Source: a bacterium (lineage in GTDB: Bacteria > Auribacterota > UBA6266). From it: a DNA stretch of 64,000 nt. Shown here one piece after another: positions 47,835 to 57,818 of the stretch. Each line of letters begins with the position of its first letter. The stretch's first letter is position 1. The notes beneath the pieces were generated by a model that made no database searches, was not told the DNA's origin, and was given only the letters and a program-made list of their open reading frames with translations. Both the position numbers and the translations under genes were made by a program. Where the stretch lies: assembly GCA_023228325.1 (NCBI GenBank), contig JALOBK010000001.1, positions 1,596,111-1,660,110 of the forward strand, in the 5' to 3' direction.

Positions 47835-48509
47835 ATGAATAATACTTGCTATGCCTACAGGGCGTTATATGAAAAAAAGGGTTTAATCCGTTTTGTTTCT
47901 CATCTTGATGTCGCCAGGATGGTTATGAGAGCGCTCAGACTGGGAGTGGATGAATTGAACTTCAGCAGGGGGTTTAATCCGCATCCGAAAGTATCATTCT
48001 GCCAGGCCTTGTCCCTTGGGTTTGAAAGCGATTCTGAATATTTTGATTTTGAAGCTCTTAGCCGGCTGGATATGGGATTATTACCCGGCAAAATCAATAA
48101 GAACCTGCCCGGAGGATTGAAGATAGTCCGGGTTAACGGATTGGAGCGTGAAAACAGCGTTGGCGAACCTGTTTCGTGCAGTTATGCGGTGGAACTTGAA
48201 AGGGATCCTGAATATATTGCCGAATGCCTGGATAAATTCAATTCCGGTGAAACATGGGTTTTCCGGAAGGAAAACGGGCGGGAGATAAACCTCAGGGAAA
48301 CGGTGGAAGAAATTAAGTTGTTTGACAAAGAGGATAACAGGGCCGGATTGTTTTTAAAGATAAGCCTTGAAAACAAGAAGTATGTTAATCCCAGGGCTAT
48401 TATTTGTGAATTGTTCAATTATACTGAAAAAGATGTATTAAAATTTGTGTTTTGCAGAAAACATTTTGATTGGAGACGGAAAGATGCAGAAAATACTAAT
48501 AAATGTTGA
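47835..48509 (+). CDS. Radical-SAM-linked protein (TIGR03936/DUF2344-type)
   Basis: 224 aa; 'LIRFVSHLDVARMVMRALRLGVDELNFSRGFNPHPKVSF' matches the family that is usually adjacent or fused to TIGR03960 proteins. Confidence 0.7.
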   Translation: MNNTCYAYRALYEKKGLIRFVSHLDVARMVMRALRLGVDELNFSRGFNPHPKVSFCQALSLGFESDSEYFDFEALSRLDMGLLPGKINKNLPGGLKIVRVNGLERENSVGEPVSCSYAVELERDPEYIAECLDKFNSGETWVFRKENGREINLRETVEEIKLFDKEDNRAGLFLKISLENKKYVNPRAIICELFNYTEKDVLKFVFCRKHFDWRRKDAENTNKC

Positions 48510-50004
48510 AGGCGGAGAAAAAAGGATTGCTGTTTTGAAAAACAACACGCTTGAGGATTTTTCCCTGGAGCGGTTGGATAACAGAAAAATTGTAGGGAAC
48601 GTATATAAGGGAAAAGTTGATAATGTTATGCCCGGTATGCAGGCGGCATTTGTGAATATCGGATTGGAAAAAAACGCATTTCTGCATAGTTCGGATGTGC
48701 TGGATTCCGAGGTATCATGTCAGGAACTTCTGGATGAGGAAATCGAACATTTTCCCCAGGACGGGAATAAGATGTCCGGGAAAATAGAGAATCTTATTAA
48801 GAAAGACAGGGATATATTGGTTCAGGTTGTAAAGGATCAAATCGGATCAAAAGGCGCCAGAATTACCACAAATATAAGCCTTCCCGGACGCTATCTTGTT
48901 CTTATGCCGAATTCGGCAAAATCCGGAATATCCAGAAAAATCAGCAACAGGGAGGAAAGAACAAGGCTGCGGAAAGTCCTTTCCGAACTTAAAATTCCAA
49001 AGGGAATGGGAATTATCATAAGGACGGTGGGCGGCGGCGAGGAGACAAAAAAGTTCAAAAGAGACCTTAACTACCTGCTGGGGGAATGGAAAAGAATAAG
49101 GAGAAGAAATATAATCAGCCGGACCCCTTCCTGCCTGCATAAGGAACTGGATATAGTCCTTAAGACATTAAGAGATGTAATGGCGGATGATATAGATGAA
49201 ATCCTTGTTGATGACAAGAGGGAGTTCAGGGTCGTTAAAAGATTTGTAAGTATTATTTATCCGGAAGCCAGGTCCAAGGTTAAGTTCTATGATGGACGGG
49301 AGCCGATGTTTGACAGGTTTGGAATTGAATCTGAAATTAATAAAGCCTTAAGCAGAAAGGTATGGCTGAAGTGCGGAGGTTCGATTGTAATAGACCGTAC
49401 GGAGGCATTGACGACAATAGATGTTAATACTTCGAAACACATCGGAAGCAAAAGCCTTGAAGATACTGTTCACAGGACTAATATGGAAGCCGCCGAGGAA
49501 GTTGCTTTACAGCTTAAACTGAGAAATATCGGCGGAATCATTATAATTGATTTCATTGATATGAAGAGCAGGAGGAACCAGAAAGCTGTTTTAAGGAAGC
49601 TTGAAGAGTTTCTGAAAAAGGACAGAGCCAAAACATCTATATCGGCGATTTCACCTCTCGGCCTTGTGGAGATGACAAGGCAGAGGGTGAAAGAAAGCTG
49701 GATAGAGGATATGTATGAAACATGCAAATGCTGCTCCGGCAAGGGTGTTATAAAAAATTCCATAACCATAAGCCTTGAAATACTGAGGAATACGCGCAGG
49801 ATATTGGGGAAATCCAAAAACCAGAAATTAAAGATTTTATGCAACCCTGAAATTGCAAAAAAACTTGAGCATTATCGCGACCTGAAGGTGCTTGAGAGAA
49901 AGTTCAGTGTCAAAATCGAGATAACAGGGGATTATAATAAAAATTTTGAGGAAGTAATTTACTATGATCCCAACGGCAAAGAAATAGATTTAAAGCGCCT
50001 GTAA
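48484..50004 (+). CDS. rng: Ribonuclease G/E family endoribonuclease
   Basis: S1 domain 'IVGNVYKGKVDNVMPGMQAAFVNIG'; catalytic domain; ~506 aa from ATG 48484. Confidence 0.85.
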   Translation: MQKILINVEGGEKRIAVLKNNTLEDFSLERLDNRKIVGNVYKGKVDNVMPGMQAAFVNIGLEKNAFLHSSDVLDSEVSCQELLDEEIEHFPQDGNKMSGKIENLIKKDRDILVQVVKDQIGSKGARITTNISLPGRYLVLMPNSAKSGISRKISNREERTRLRKVLSELKIPKGMGIIIRTVGGGEETKKFKRDLNYLLGEWKRIRRRNIISRTPSCLHKELDIVLKTLRDVMADDIDEILVDDKREFRVVKRFVSIIYPEARSKVKFYDGREPMFDRFGIESEINKALSRKVWLKCGGSIVIDRTEALTTIDVNTSKHIGSKSLEDTVHRTNMEAAEEVALQLKLRNIGGIIIIDFIDMKSRRNQKAVLRKLEEFLKKDRAKTSISAISPLGLVEMTRQRVKESWIEDMYETCKCCSGKGVIKNSITISLEILRNTRRILGKSKNQKLKILCNPEIAKKLEHYRDLKVLERKFSVKIEITGDYNKNFEEVIYYDPNGKEIDLKRL

Positions 50005-50025
50005 AAATTTTTTAAAGATAGCCCC

Positions 50026-50054
50026 TTGACAAATTTTGATTAAGGGGCTATAGT
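50026..50054 (+). promoter_or_regulatory. Sigma70-like promoter for PEP-CTERM gene 50188
   Basis: TTGACA - 17 nt - TATAGT; overlaps a hairpin 'agcccctt...aaggggct' downstream of rng. Confidence 0.5.
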
Positions 50055-50187
50055 TTAGACCATAAATAGTATACACAGATATATTCAATATCGTTCTTAA
50101 ATAATCGATTGTTTTAAACTTGTATAGTAAATTTACAATAACAGAGTATACTCGGGTATATTTACATACAAATTAAGGGAGGTAAAA

Positions 50188-50799
50188 ATGAAGAGAGTTG
50201 TTTTGCTTTCAATAAGCATCTTTTGTTTATTGCTTTCTTCCCAAACCGTAGTTGAAGCGGCAACAGGTGTATATTACGGTTTTGAAAGCGATACGGAGGG
50301 TTGGGCAGCAGAACCATGGGGTTACGGAGTACCTGCTTTGGTATGGAATGCAGATCAGAATCTTCGGCTGGACACCGGTACTGTGGATGTGGATGCAAGT
50401 GACTGGGCTAAAATTCATATCAGGAGAGACCAGGATGAAGCATTGGATCTGGCCGGCAATGCGGCATATTCGATGAATATATTCATTCCTTCCAACGCGT
50501 ATTATGTAAAAGCGAAATTAACTGTAAGGTCCGGTAATAACTGGGATTTCTGGGCAGGACAGGAGTTTGAACTTGAAAATAATAATACATGGCAGACAAT
50601 AAACTGGGACCTGAGCGGAGCGTCAAACCTGAGCGATATCAGGCAGATAGGTCTTGAAGTTCAGGGGTTTTTAGGCGAAGACCCTTCTTTCTATATAGAT
50701 GATGTAACAGCGGGAACAGTTCCTGAACCGTCCAGCATAGCGTTGCTTGCGGGAGGAATCCTGGGGCTGTTTTTTGTTGCGAGAAAAAATAAAGTTTAA
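50188..50799 (+). CDS. PEP-CTERM sorting-domain protein
   Basis: Signal peptide; C-terminus 'VPEPSSIALLAGGILGLFFVARKNKV'; GGGAGG RBS; paralog of 36438..37064. Confidence 0.85.
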   Translation: MKRVVLLSISIFCLLLSSQTVVEAATGVYYGFESDTEGWAAEPWGYGVPALVWNADQNLRLDTGTVDVDASDWAKIHIRRDQDEALDLAGNAAYSMNIFIPSNAYYVKAKLTVRSGNNWDFWAGQEFELENNNTWQTINWDLSGASNLSDIRQIGLEVQGFLGEDPSFYIDDVTAGTVPEPSSIALLAGGILGLFFVARKNKV

Positions 50800-50803
50800 T
50801 GTA

Positions 50804-50860
50804 AACCCGGCTGGCTTTTTTAGTTATTACCCCCCCATTTAAAGTCAGCCGGGTTTTTTA
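50804..50860 (+). terminator. Putative terminator after PEP-CTERM gene 50188..50799
   Basis: 'aacccggctg ... cagccgggtt' stem with long loop, followed by T6. Confidence 0.5.
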
Positions 50861-51058
50861 TGTGAAGATGCCGCGGATTATATGTAGCTGTATAATTAAA
50901 CATGATCCCCTGTTGGAGAGCGGTTAATGCGCCCTTTGTTTTTACGGTGTAAAATTCGCCGGAATAAGTAAATTTTTGGCTTGACACAAGTTATGTTAAG
51001 AATATATACTTTCCAACCTGTATTCTATTATATAAAGAGTTATTCGGAGGTTCATAAA

Positions 51059-51373
51059 ATGTACGCGGTAATTGAGACTGGAAGCAAGCAGTATAAAGTT
51101 GAAGAAGGCGACATCATTGATATCGAGCTTATCGGGAAGAAAGCAGGGGAAAAAGTTGATTTTGAAAAGATTCTTCTTGTTGCTGATAAAAATGATGTGA
51201 AAGTCGGGACGCCTCTGGTAAAGGATGCTAAAGTTACCGGTGAAATTTTAGCTGAGAAAAAAGGCCGAAAACTGATTGCTTTTTTCTACCGGAGAAGGAA
51301 AGATTCAAAAAGAAAAGTGGGACACAGGCAAAAGTGCCTTAGTGTTAAAATTTCTGAGATTTCCGCGAAATAG
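51059..51373 (+). CDS. rplU: 50S ribosomal protein L21
   Basis: 'MYAVIETGSKQYKVEEGD' canonical L21 N-terminus; GGAGG RBS; ~104 aa. Confidence 0.95.
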   Translation: MYAVIETGSKQYKVEEGDIIDIELIGKKAGEKVDFEKILLVADKNDVKVGTPLVKDAKVTGEILAEKKGRKLIAFFYRRRKDSKRKVGHRQKCLSVKISEISAK

Positions 51374-51391
51374 TAACGGAGGATTTTTCAT

Positions 51392-51640
51392 ATGGCGCAT
51401 AAAAAGGGAATGGGAAGCACCAGGAACGGGCGCGACAGCATATCTAAGCGTCTGGGCGTAAAAATGTATGGCGGGCAACAGATAAAGTGCGGGAATATTA
51501 TCCTGCGCCAAAGAGGGACAAAATTCAAGCCCGGAGTCAATGTTGGACGCGGAAGCGACGATACATTATTTGCCAGGGTTGACGGTGTAGTGCATTTTAA
51601 CAAAAGAATTGTGAGTGTATTACCTTCGAGCAGTAAATAA
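51392..51640 (+). CDS. rpmA: 50S ribosomal protein L27
   Basis: '[24 protein letters not shown]' canonical L27 N-terminus; 82 aa. Confidence 0.95.
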   Translation: MAHKKGMGSTRNGRDSISKRLGVKMYGGQQIKCGNIILRQRGTKFKPGVNVGRGSDDTLFARVDGVVHFNKRIVSVLPSSSK

Positions 51641-51663
51641 TTTTTAAAATGAAAAACTTTGAA

Positions 51664-51710
51664 TAACACGGGTGACCGGCAATATAGTTCATCCGTGTTA
51701 TTTTTATTTT
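51664..51710 (+). terminator. Putative intrinsic terminator/attenuator between rpmA and obg
   Basis: 'aacacgg ... ccgtgtt' stem followed by 'atttttatttt'. Confidence 0.5.
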
Positions 51711-51723
51711 CAGGGATGTATTT

Positions 51724-52743
51724 ATGGTAAAACCAAAATCATTTATTGACAGGATTGAAATAGTTGCCTGCGGGGGTGACGGCGGAAACGGGTGTATGAG
51801 TTTTCGCAGGGAAAAATATGTCCCCAGGGGCGGTCCTAACGGCGGTGACGGCGGAAACGGCGGCAATGTTGTTTTAATTGCGGATAAGAATCCTTACACG
51901 CTTCTGGATTTTTATTATAACCCCCAATTGAAAGCTAAGGGGGGAGAAAACGGCAAAGGCAAAATGATGACGGGTGAAGACGGAAAAAATATTATAAGCA
52001 GGGTTCCAATAGGGACAGTTGTCAAAGATCCTGAAACAGGGATCATACTTTGCGATTTGGTTAATGACGGCCAGGCTTATATTGCCGCTAAGGGCGGCCG
52101 GGGCGGCCGGGGAAATGCCTGTTTTAAGACAGCCACAGAGCAGGCGCCGAGATATGCCGAAAAGGGCAAACCCGGTGAGAATATCAAATTATTACTTGAG
52201 CTTAAGATAGTTGCTGATATAGGGCTTGTGGGTTTTCCTAATGCGGGGAAATCGACGCTGATAGCGGCAATTTCGTCGGCAAGGCCTAAAATTGCGGATT
52301 ATCCTTTTACTACACTTGTGCCGAATTTAGGTGTTGTTTATGTGAATAATGATAAAAGTTTTACGGTAGCGGATATTCCGGGTCTTATTCAGGGAGCTCA
52401 CAAAAATGCCGGACTCGGACATGATTTTTTAAGACATATTGAAAGAACCAGAGCAATACTGTATGTTATTAATCTGAAGCCGTTTGAAGACAGAAAACCG
52501 TCGGATGAATATACGATTTTATATGAAGAGTTGAAATACCATAAAAAAGAACTGATTCAAAAACCGTTTTTGATAGTTCTAAACAAAGTGGATCTGATCG
52601 AAAATGAAAAGGAAATCGATGAATTTATAAAAGCGGCGGGAGTTAAGAAAGAATCGGTTATCTCCGTTTCCGCGAAACAAAGGATTAACCTGGAAAAACT
52701 TGTTGAACAAGTCGGTGATTTAATAGAAAATAAAAACATATGA
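51724..52743 (+). CDS. obg: GTPase Obg
   Basis: Gly-rich Obg fold 'GGDGGNGCMSFRREKYVPRGGPNGGDGGNGG'; G1 'GFPNAGKST'; 339 aa. Confidence 0.95.
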   Translation: MVKPKSFIDRIEIVACGGDGGNGCMSFRREKYVPRGGPNGGDGGNGGNVVLIADKNPYTLLDFYYNPQLKAKGGENGKGKMMTGEDGKNIISRVPIGTVVKDPETGIILCDLVNDGQAYIAAKGGRGGRGNACFKTATEQAPRYAEKGKPGENIKLLLELKIVADIGLVGFPNAGKSTLIAAISSARPKIADYPFTTLVPNLGVVYVNNDKSFTVADIPGLIQGAHKNAGLGHDFLRHIERTRAILYVINLKPFEDRKPSDEYTILYEELKYHKKELIQKPFLIVLNKVDLIENEKEIDEFIKAAGVKKESVISVSAKQRINLEKLVEQVGDLIENKNI

Positions 52744-53876
52744 GAAAGTATCTGGAAAACGTTAAAAATGTGACGCTTAAAATCGGGACCAATGTCCTGA
52801 CGGATTCATGCGGCAGGATACAGAAGAACATTATATCTTCGATTGCGCGCCAGGTTTGCGCAATAAGAGAAAAAGGCGTCAATGTCATGATTATAAGCTC
52901 GGGCGCCATAGCGGCGGGAAGATGGAAATTAGAATTTGGCAGTAAGGAGTTGACACTCAGACAGAAACAGGCGGCGGCCGCGGTGGGCCAGACACAGTTA
53001 ATGAGATATTATGAAGATGCTTTTGCCGAAAAAGGGATTGTTGCGGCGCAGGTATTATTGACCGATGACGGTTTATCCGACAGAAAACGCCAGTTGAACG
53101 CAAAAAACACTTTATTAACGCTTATCGAAAAAAAAGCGGTGCCTATCATCAACGAGAATGATACGGTTTCCGTTGAGGAAATCAAGTTCGGCGATAATGA
53201 CAGGCTTTCTGCGCTGGTTGCCCAGATGACGGGAAGTGAATTGCTTATATTATTGACAGATACCGACGGCTTGATGGATAAAGACCCCAAAGTGGAAAAG
53301 AACGCAAAGTGTATCAGTATTGTAAACAGCATAGACGCGGGGATAGAGAGGATTTGCGGCAAAAAAGGGTCATCCCTTTCAACCGGGGGGATGTATTCAA
53401 AGATTCAGGCCGCCAGGATGGTTGTGACTGCGGGAGAGTTTGCGGTTATAGCTAATGGAAAAAGAGAAAATATTATTTCAGATATCCTTTCCGGTAAAGA
53501 TGCAGGAACTCTATTTCTGCCGTTGCGGCACAAAATGAAGGGGAAGAAACGCTGGATAGCTCATTTTAAACGTTCGTCCGGGTTCCTGGTTATAGATGCC
53601 GGCGCGGTTCTCGCATTAAGGGAGAAGGGAAAGAGCCTTCTTGCCTCCGGTATTATATCAGCGAAGGGTGATTTTTCGGCCGGGGATATTATAATTTTAA
53701 GGGATGAGAAGGGAAATGATATAGGAAAAGGGCAGATAAATTATTCTTCCGGCAATATAAAAAAGATAACCGGGTTAAAAACATCCCAAATCAAAGCTGT
53801 TTTAAGCGGAAAAGTGCTTGATGAGGTAGTCCACCGGAATAATATGGTTATATACGGCGAAACACGGGGAAAATAA
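52740..53876 (+). CDS. proB: Glutamate 5-kinase
   Basis: Amino-acid kinase domain plus C-terminal PUA domain; 378 aa; operon position before proA. Confidence 0.9.
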   Translation: MRKYLENVKNVTLKIGTNVLTDSCGRIQKNIISSIARQVCAIREKGVNVMIISSGAIAAGRWKLEFGSKELTLRQKQAAAAVGQTQLMRYYEDAFAEKGIVAAQVLLTDDGLSDRKRQLNAKNTLLTLIEKKAVPIINENDTVSVEEIKFGDNDRLSALVAQMTGSELLILLTDTDGLMDKDPKVEKNAKCISIVNSIDAGIERICGKKGSSLSTGGMYSKIQAARMVVTAGEFAVIANGKRENIISDILSGKDAGTLFLPLRHKMKGKKRWIAHFKRSSGFLVIDAGAVLALREKGKSLLASGIISAKGDFSAGDIIILRDEKGNDIGKGQINYSSGNIKKITGLKTSQIKAVLSGKVLDEVVHRNNMVIYGETRGK

Positions 53877-53877
53877 A

Positions 53878-55146
53878 ATGCAGGGTTCCGGAAAAATAAA
53901 GGAATATGTGAAACAGCTGGCTGAACAGGCAAAAGATTCTTCAAGAAAACTTGCCTTAATGAGCGCGGACCATAAAAATAACCTGTTGAAGAACATTGCT
54001 GTTTCCATAAGAAAAAACAAAGAGATTATATCGGAAGCCAATAAAAAAGACATTAAAGAAGCGGAAAAAGAAGGTTTATCGGGAGCATTGATCGACAGGC
54101 TCCTGCTGGATGGGAAAAGAATAGAGCAGATGGCGGGCGGATTAGAGGAAGTCGCGGCGTTGGATGATCCGGTGGGAAGAGTATTAAATAAAAAAACGAG
54201 GCCGAACGGGATGCAGATTTTTAAAATCAGTGTTCCAATAGGTGTTATCGCTATTATATATGAATCCCGTCCCAATGTTACCTCTGATTCGGCCGGCCTG
54301 TGCATTAAAGCCGGGAATGCGGTAATATTAAAAGGCGGCAGGGAAGCTTTTCAGTCCAATAAATCCATCGCTGCCTGCATGAGAAAGGCTATAGCCGGTT
54401 GCGGAGGCCCTGAGAATATTATTCAATTTGTGGAAACAACGGAAAGAAGCGCTGTCGCTGAAATGCTGAAATTAAATTCACTGATCGATCTGGTTATTCC
54501 GAGAGGCGGGGAAAGCCTGATAAAAGCGGTAACTGAAATGTCAACAATACCGATTATCAAACATTATAAAGGCGTTTGCCATGTGTTTGTCGATAAAGAC
54601 GCGGATTTAGATAAAGCCCTGAAGATTATCAGGAACGCGAAATGCCAGAGACCCGGTGTTTGCAATGCCATGGAAACACTGCTTGTTGATAATGCCATAT
54701 CGGAGAAATTCCTTCCTTTGGCGGCGGATATGCTGAAGAAAGAAAAAGTAGAACTCAGGGGTTGTCCCCGGACAGTGAAAATATTGAAAGGGATTAAACA
54801 GGCCGCTGAAGATGACTGGTATGAGGAATACCTGGATTTGATTTTGTCAGTTAAAATCGTGGACGGAGTTGATGAAGCCGTAGAACATATCAACAAATAC
54901 GGCTCCATGCATTCAGATGCCATTATTACCGAGAATCAGGCGTCCGCTTTGAAATTCTTGAACATGGTGGATTCTGCCGCTGTATATTTGAATGCGTCTA
55001 CAAGGTTTACGGACGGAGGACAGTTTGGGATGGGCGCTGAAATAGGTATCAGCACCGACAAGATTCACGCCAGGGGTCCCATGGGTCTTGAAGAACTCAA
55101 TACTTACAAATATGTGATTAAAGGTGATGGCCAGATTCGAGATTAG
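53878..55146 (+). CDS. proA: Glutamate-5-semialdehyde dehydrogenase (gamma-glutamyl phosphate reductase)
   Basis: 422 aa aldehyde dehydrogenase-fold; 'IPIGVIAIIYESRPNVT' typical of ProA; follows proB. Confidence 0.9.
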   Translation: MQGSGKIKEYVKQLAEQAKDSSRKLALMSADHKNNLLKNIAVSIRKNKEIISEANKKDIKEAEKEGLSGALIDRLLLDGKRIEQMAGGLEEVAALDDPVGRVLNKKTRPNGMQIFKISVPIGVIAIIYESRPNVTSDSAGLCIKAGNAVILKGGREAFQSNKSIAACMRKAIAGCGGPENIIQFVETTERSAVAEMLKLNSLIDLVIPRGGESLIKAVTEMSTIPIIKHYKGVCHVFVDKDADLDKALKIIRNAKCQRPGVCNAMETLLVDNAISEKFLPLAADMLKKEKVELRGCPRTVKILKGIKQAAEDDWYEEYLDLILSVKIVDGVDEAVEHINKYGSMHSDAIITENQASALKFLNMVDSAAVYLNASTRFTDGGQFGMGAEIGISTDKIHARGPMGLEELNTYKYVIKGDGQIRD

Positions 55147-55151
55147 TGTTT

Positions 55152-55772
55152 ATGAAAACAGGTATTTTCGGCGGTTCTTTCGACCCCGTTCATAACGGAC
55201 ATATTGAAATTGCAAGGAAAGCTAAGAGCCTGTTTTCGCTTGACAGGATTTATTTTGTTCCGTGTTATATCCAGCCTATAAAAGGCCAGCCGGCTTCCGA
55301 TGCGGAAGATAGGGTTGCCATGCTTGATATCGCCGTCAAAAATATAAAAGGTTTCAGTGTGTGTATGCGCGAAATAGAAAAAAAAGATGTGTCTTACACG
55401 ATTGATACATTAAGATATATTAAAGCCGAAAACACAAATGAAAAACTGTTTTTTATTTTAGGCGCTGATTCATTGAGCGGTATTATGTCGTGGAGAGAAC
55501 CCGGGAGCTTTTCGGACCTGTGTGAATTTATCGTATATCCCAGGAAGGGGTCGGATTCAGGGAAGATCGGGGATGCGCTGGTTAAAATTCCGGGACTCAG
55601 AGTCAATTTTATGGATGGAGGCGAAATAAACATATCGTCGTCTGTTATCCGCAGGCGGATTTCCGAAGGGAAAATCGATGAGATATCATGCCTGGATGAA
55701 GATGTAAAAAAGTATATTAAGGAAAGGAGACTTTACAGCATTGAAAAAAACGGCTTTAAAGGGAACTGTTAG
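55152..55772 (+). CDS. nadD: Nicotinate-nucleotide adenylyltransferase
   Basis: 'GIFGGSFDPVHNGH' (HxGH nucleotidyltransferase motif); ~206 aa. Confidence 0.9.
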   Translation: MKTGIFGGSFDPVHNGHIEIARKAKSLFSLDRIYFVPCYIQPIKGQPASDAEDRVAMLDIAVKNIKGFSVCMREIEKKDVSYTIDTLRYIKAENTNEKLFFILGADSLSGIMSWREPGSFSDLCEFIVYPRKGSDSGKIGDALVKIPGLRVNFMDGGEINISSSVIRRRISEGKIDEISCLDEDVKKYIKERRLYSIEKNGFKGNC

Positions 55773-56115
55773 AAAGAGAAAGGCCAGTTCGCGTGAACTG
55801 GCTAATCTATGCGTGAAAATGGCGGAAGAAAGGAAAGCTTTTGATATAACGGTGATGAAAGTAAAGAATATCTCATCAATTGCGGATTATTTTGTTATCT
55901 GCTCCGGCAGGTCCGAGAAACACGTTGACGCAATAGGAGATTTCATAGAAAAAGAGCTTAAAGACAGGAATATCATCTGCCTAAGAAGCGAAGGCATAGG
56001 CAGTTCAAGATGGGTCGTAAAAGATTATGGTGATGTTATAGTCCATATTTTCTACCATGAAATAAGACAGCGCTACAGCCTGGAGCGTTTGTGGGGAGAT
56101 GCTGAGTTTTTATGA
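55741..56115 (+). CDS. rsfS: Ribosomal silencing factor RsfS (Iojap family)
   Basis: 'ADYFVICSGRSEKHVDAIGDFI...DYGDVIVHIF' aligns with RsfS; start uncertain (TTG 55741 overlapping nadD, or ATG 55819). Confidence 0.8.
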   Translation: MKKTALKGTVRKRKASSRELANLCVKMAEERKAFDITVMKVKNISSIADYFVICSGRSEKHVDAIGDFIEKELKDRNIICLRSEGIGSSRWVVKDYGDVIVHIFYHEIRQRYSLERLWGDAEFL

Positions 56116-57809
56116 AAATTGAATTGAAAGAAATAATAGCCGGGGCTATCCTCTCCTGTTACAGGGATCTTATCGGGAATGAGGAATGCCGGATACCGGA
56201 GAATATATCGGTTGATTTCGATGTCCCCAAAAACAGGGACCATGGCGATTTGACCACCAACTTTGCGATGAAATACGCGTCTTCCGCGAAAAAGCGTCCG
56301 ATTGAACTGTCCAGGATGATTTGTGATCGTGTTTCTTCCTCGGGCATTGAAGGGTTGAAAAAGATTGAACCGGCCGGGCCCGGTTTTATTAATGTTTTTT
56401 TGGAACATGAAGTTTTTTACAATGTCGTCCTGGAAGTGCTGGATAAGCGCGAGAAATATGCCGTTTCTGACACGGGCAGGGGAAGGAAAGTAATAATCGA
56501 GTTTGTCAGCGCTAATCCTACGGGCCCCCTTACGGTTGCCCACGGCAGACAGGCTGCGGTAGGCGACGCTCTGGCAAGATTGCTTGCTAATTCGGGCTGC
56601 GAGGTTTTCAGGGAATACTATCTCAATGACAGAGGCAGGCAGATAGAGATTCTCGGGAAATCATTGTATTCGAAGTATATGAAACTTTGCGGACGGGAAT
56701 ATCCTTTCCCCGATGACGGGTATAAAGGCTCTTATATAGATGATCTGGCAAAAAAACTTTATTCCGAAAAAGGGCCGGAGTTTTCCGGGATATCCGAAAA
56801 AACGATTGAATTCATGTGCGATTACGCTAAAAATAACATCCTGGAATGGATTAAAAAAGATCTTGCGGATTTCAGTGTTGAATTTAATTCTTATTTCAGT
56901 GAAAAGAAGTTTTCAGAAACAGGAAAAGTCGAAAAAGCGATAAAATTACTTGAAAAAAAAGGACTCGTTTATGAAAAAGACGAGGCTATCTGGTTTAATT
57001 CGCGGAAATACGGTGATGACAAAGACAGGGTTATGGTTAAGAGCAGCGGCGAATGGACATATATAACACCCGATATCGCGTATCATAAGGATAAACTGGA
57101 TAGAGGCTTCAACCTTTTGATAGATTTATGGGGTCCTGATCACCACGGTTATATTCCGCGTATGAAAGCGGCGGTCCAGGCAATGGGATTTGATGCCGAC
57201 TGCCTTAAAGTGGTAATAATCCAGCTGGCCACACTTTACCAGGGAAAAAATAAACTTTCAATGTCTACGAGGCAGGGTGAGTTTATTTCTCTCAGAGAAG
57301 TAATGGATGAGGTTGGAATTGATGCCGCAAGATATTTCTTCCTGATGCTGAACACGGACAGCCATCTCGATTTTGACCTTGAACTGGCGAAAAAGAAATC
57401 GGCGGAAAATCCTGTGTATTATATCCAATACACGCATGCCAGAATTTGCAGTATGCTGGAAAAATATAATGAGAAATTCGGCCACGACTATATTCCTGTT
57501 GTACGGCCCGAAATTCTTGAAGAGCTTACCAACCGGGAAGAAAAAGACCTGATTAAAAAGATTTCCGTATTCCCTTCTGCCGCCGAGTTAGCGGCTTCTT
57601 TGCTTGAACCCCATAGGATTCATGTGTATCTGACAGAGTTGGCATCCCTGTTCCACAGCTATTATCATAAAGATTCAAAAAAATTCAGAGTTATCGGAGA
57701 AAAGGAAGATAATATTACTCTGGCCAGGATGGCATTGGTCTCGGCCGTAAAAATTATTATAGCTTCGGGACTTGGTCTTCTCGGTATTACTGCTCCGGAG
57801 AAAATGTAG
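56112..57809 (+). CDS. argS: Arginine--tRNA ligase
   Basis: 565 aa; 'FVSANPTGPLTVAHGR' (HIGH-region variant) and anticodon-binding C-terminus. Confidence 0.9.
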   Translation: MKIELKEIIAGAILSCYRDLIGNEECRIPENISVDFDVPKNRDHGDLTTNFAMKYASSAKKRPIELSRMICDRVSSSGIEGLKKIEPAGPGFINVFLEHEVFYNVVLEVLDKREKYAVSDTGRGRKVIIEFVSANPTGPLTVAHGRQAAVGDALARLLANSGCEVFREYYLNDRGRQIEILGKSLYSKYMKLCGREYPFPDDGYKGSYIDDLAKKLYSEKGPEFSGISEKTIEFMCDYAKNNILEWIKKDLADFSVEFNSYFSEKKFSETGKVEKAIKLLEKKGLVYEKDEAIWFNSRKYGDDKDRVMVKSSGEWTYITPDIAYHKDKLDRGFNLLIDLWGPDHHGYIPRMKAAVQAMGFDADCLKVVIIQLATLYQGKNKLSMSTRQGEFISLREVMDEVGIDAARYFFLMLNTDSHLDFDLELAKKKSAENPVYYIQYTHARICSMLEKYNEKFGHDYIPVVRPEILEELTNREEKDLIKKISVFPSAAELAASLLEPHRIHVYLTELASLFHSYYHKDSKKFRVIGEKEDNITLARMALVSAVKIIIASGLGLLGITAPEKM

Positions 57810-57818
57810 GATATTTTT

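Noticed and set aside
53802-54305. 167-aa minus-strand ORF, together with 54564..54923
   Set aside because: Both are antisense within proB/proA, which have strong family signatures.
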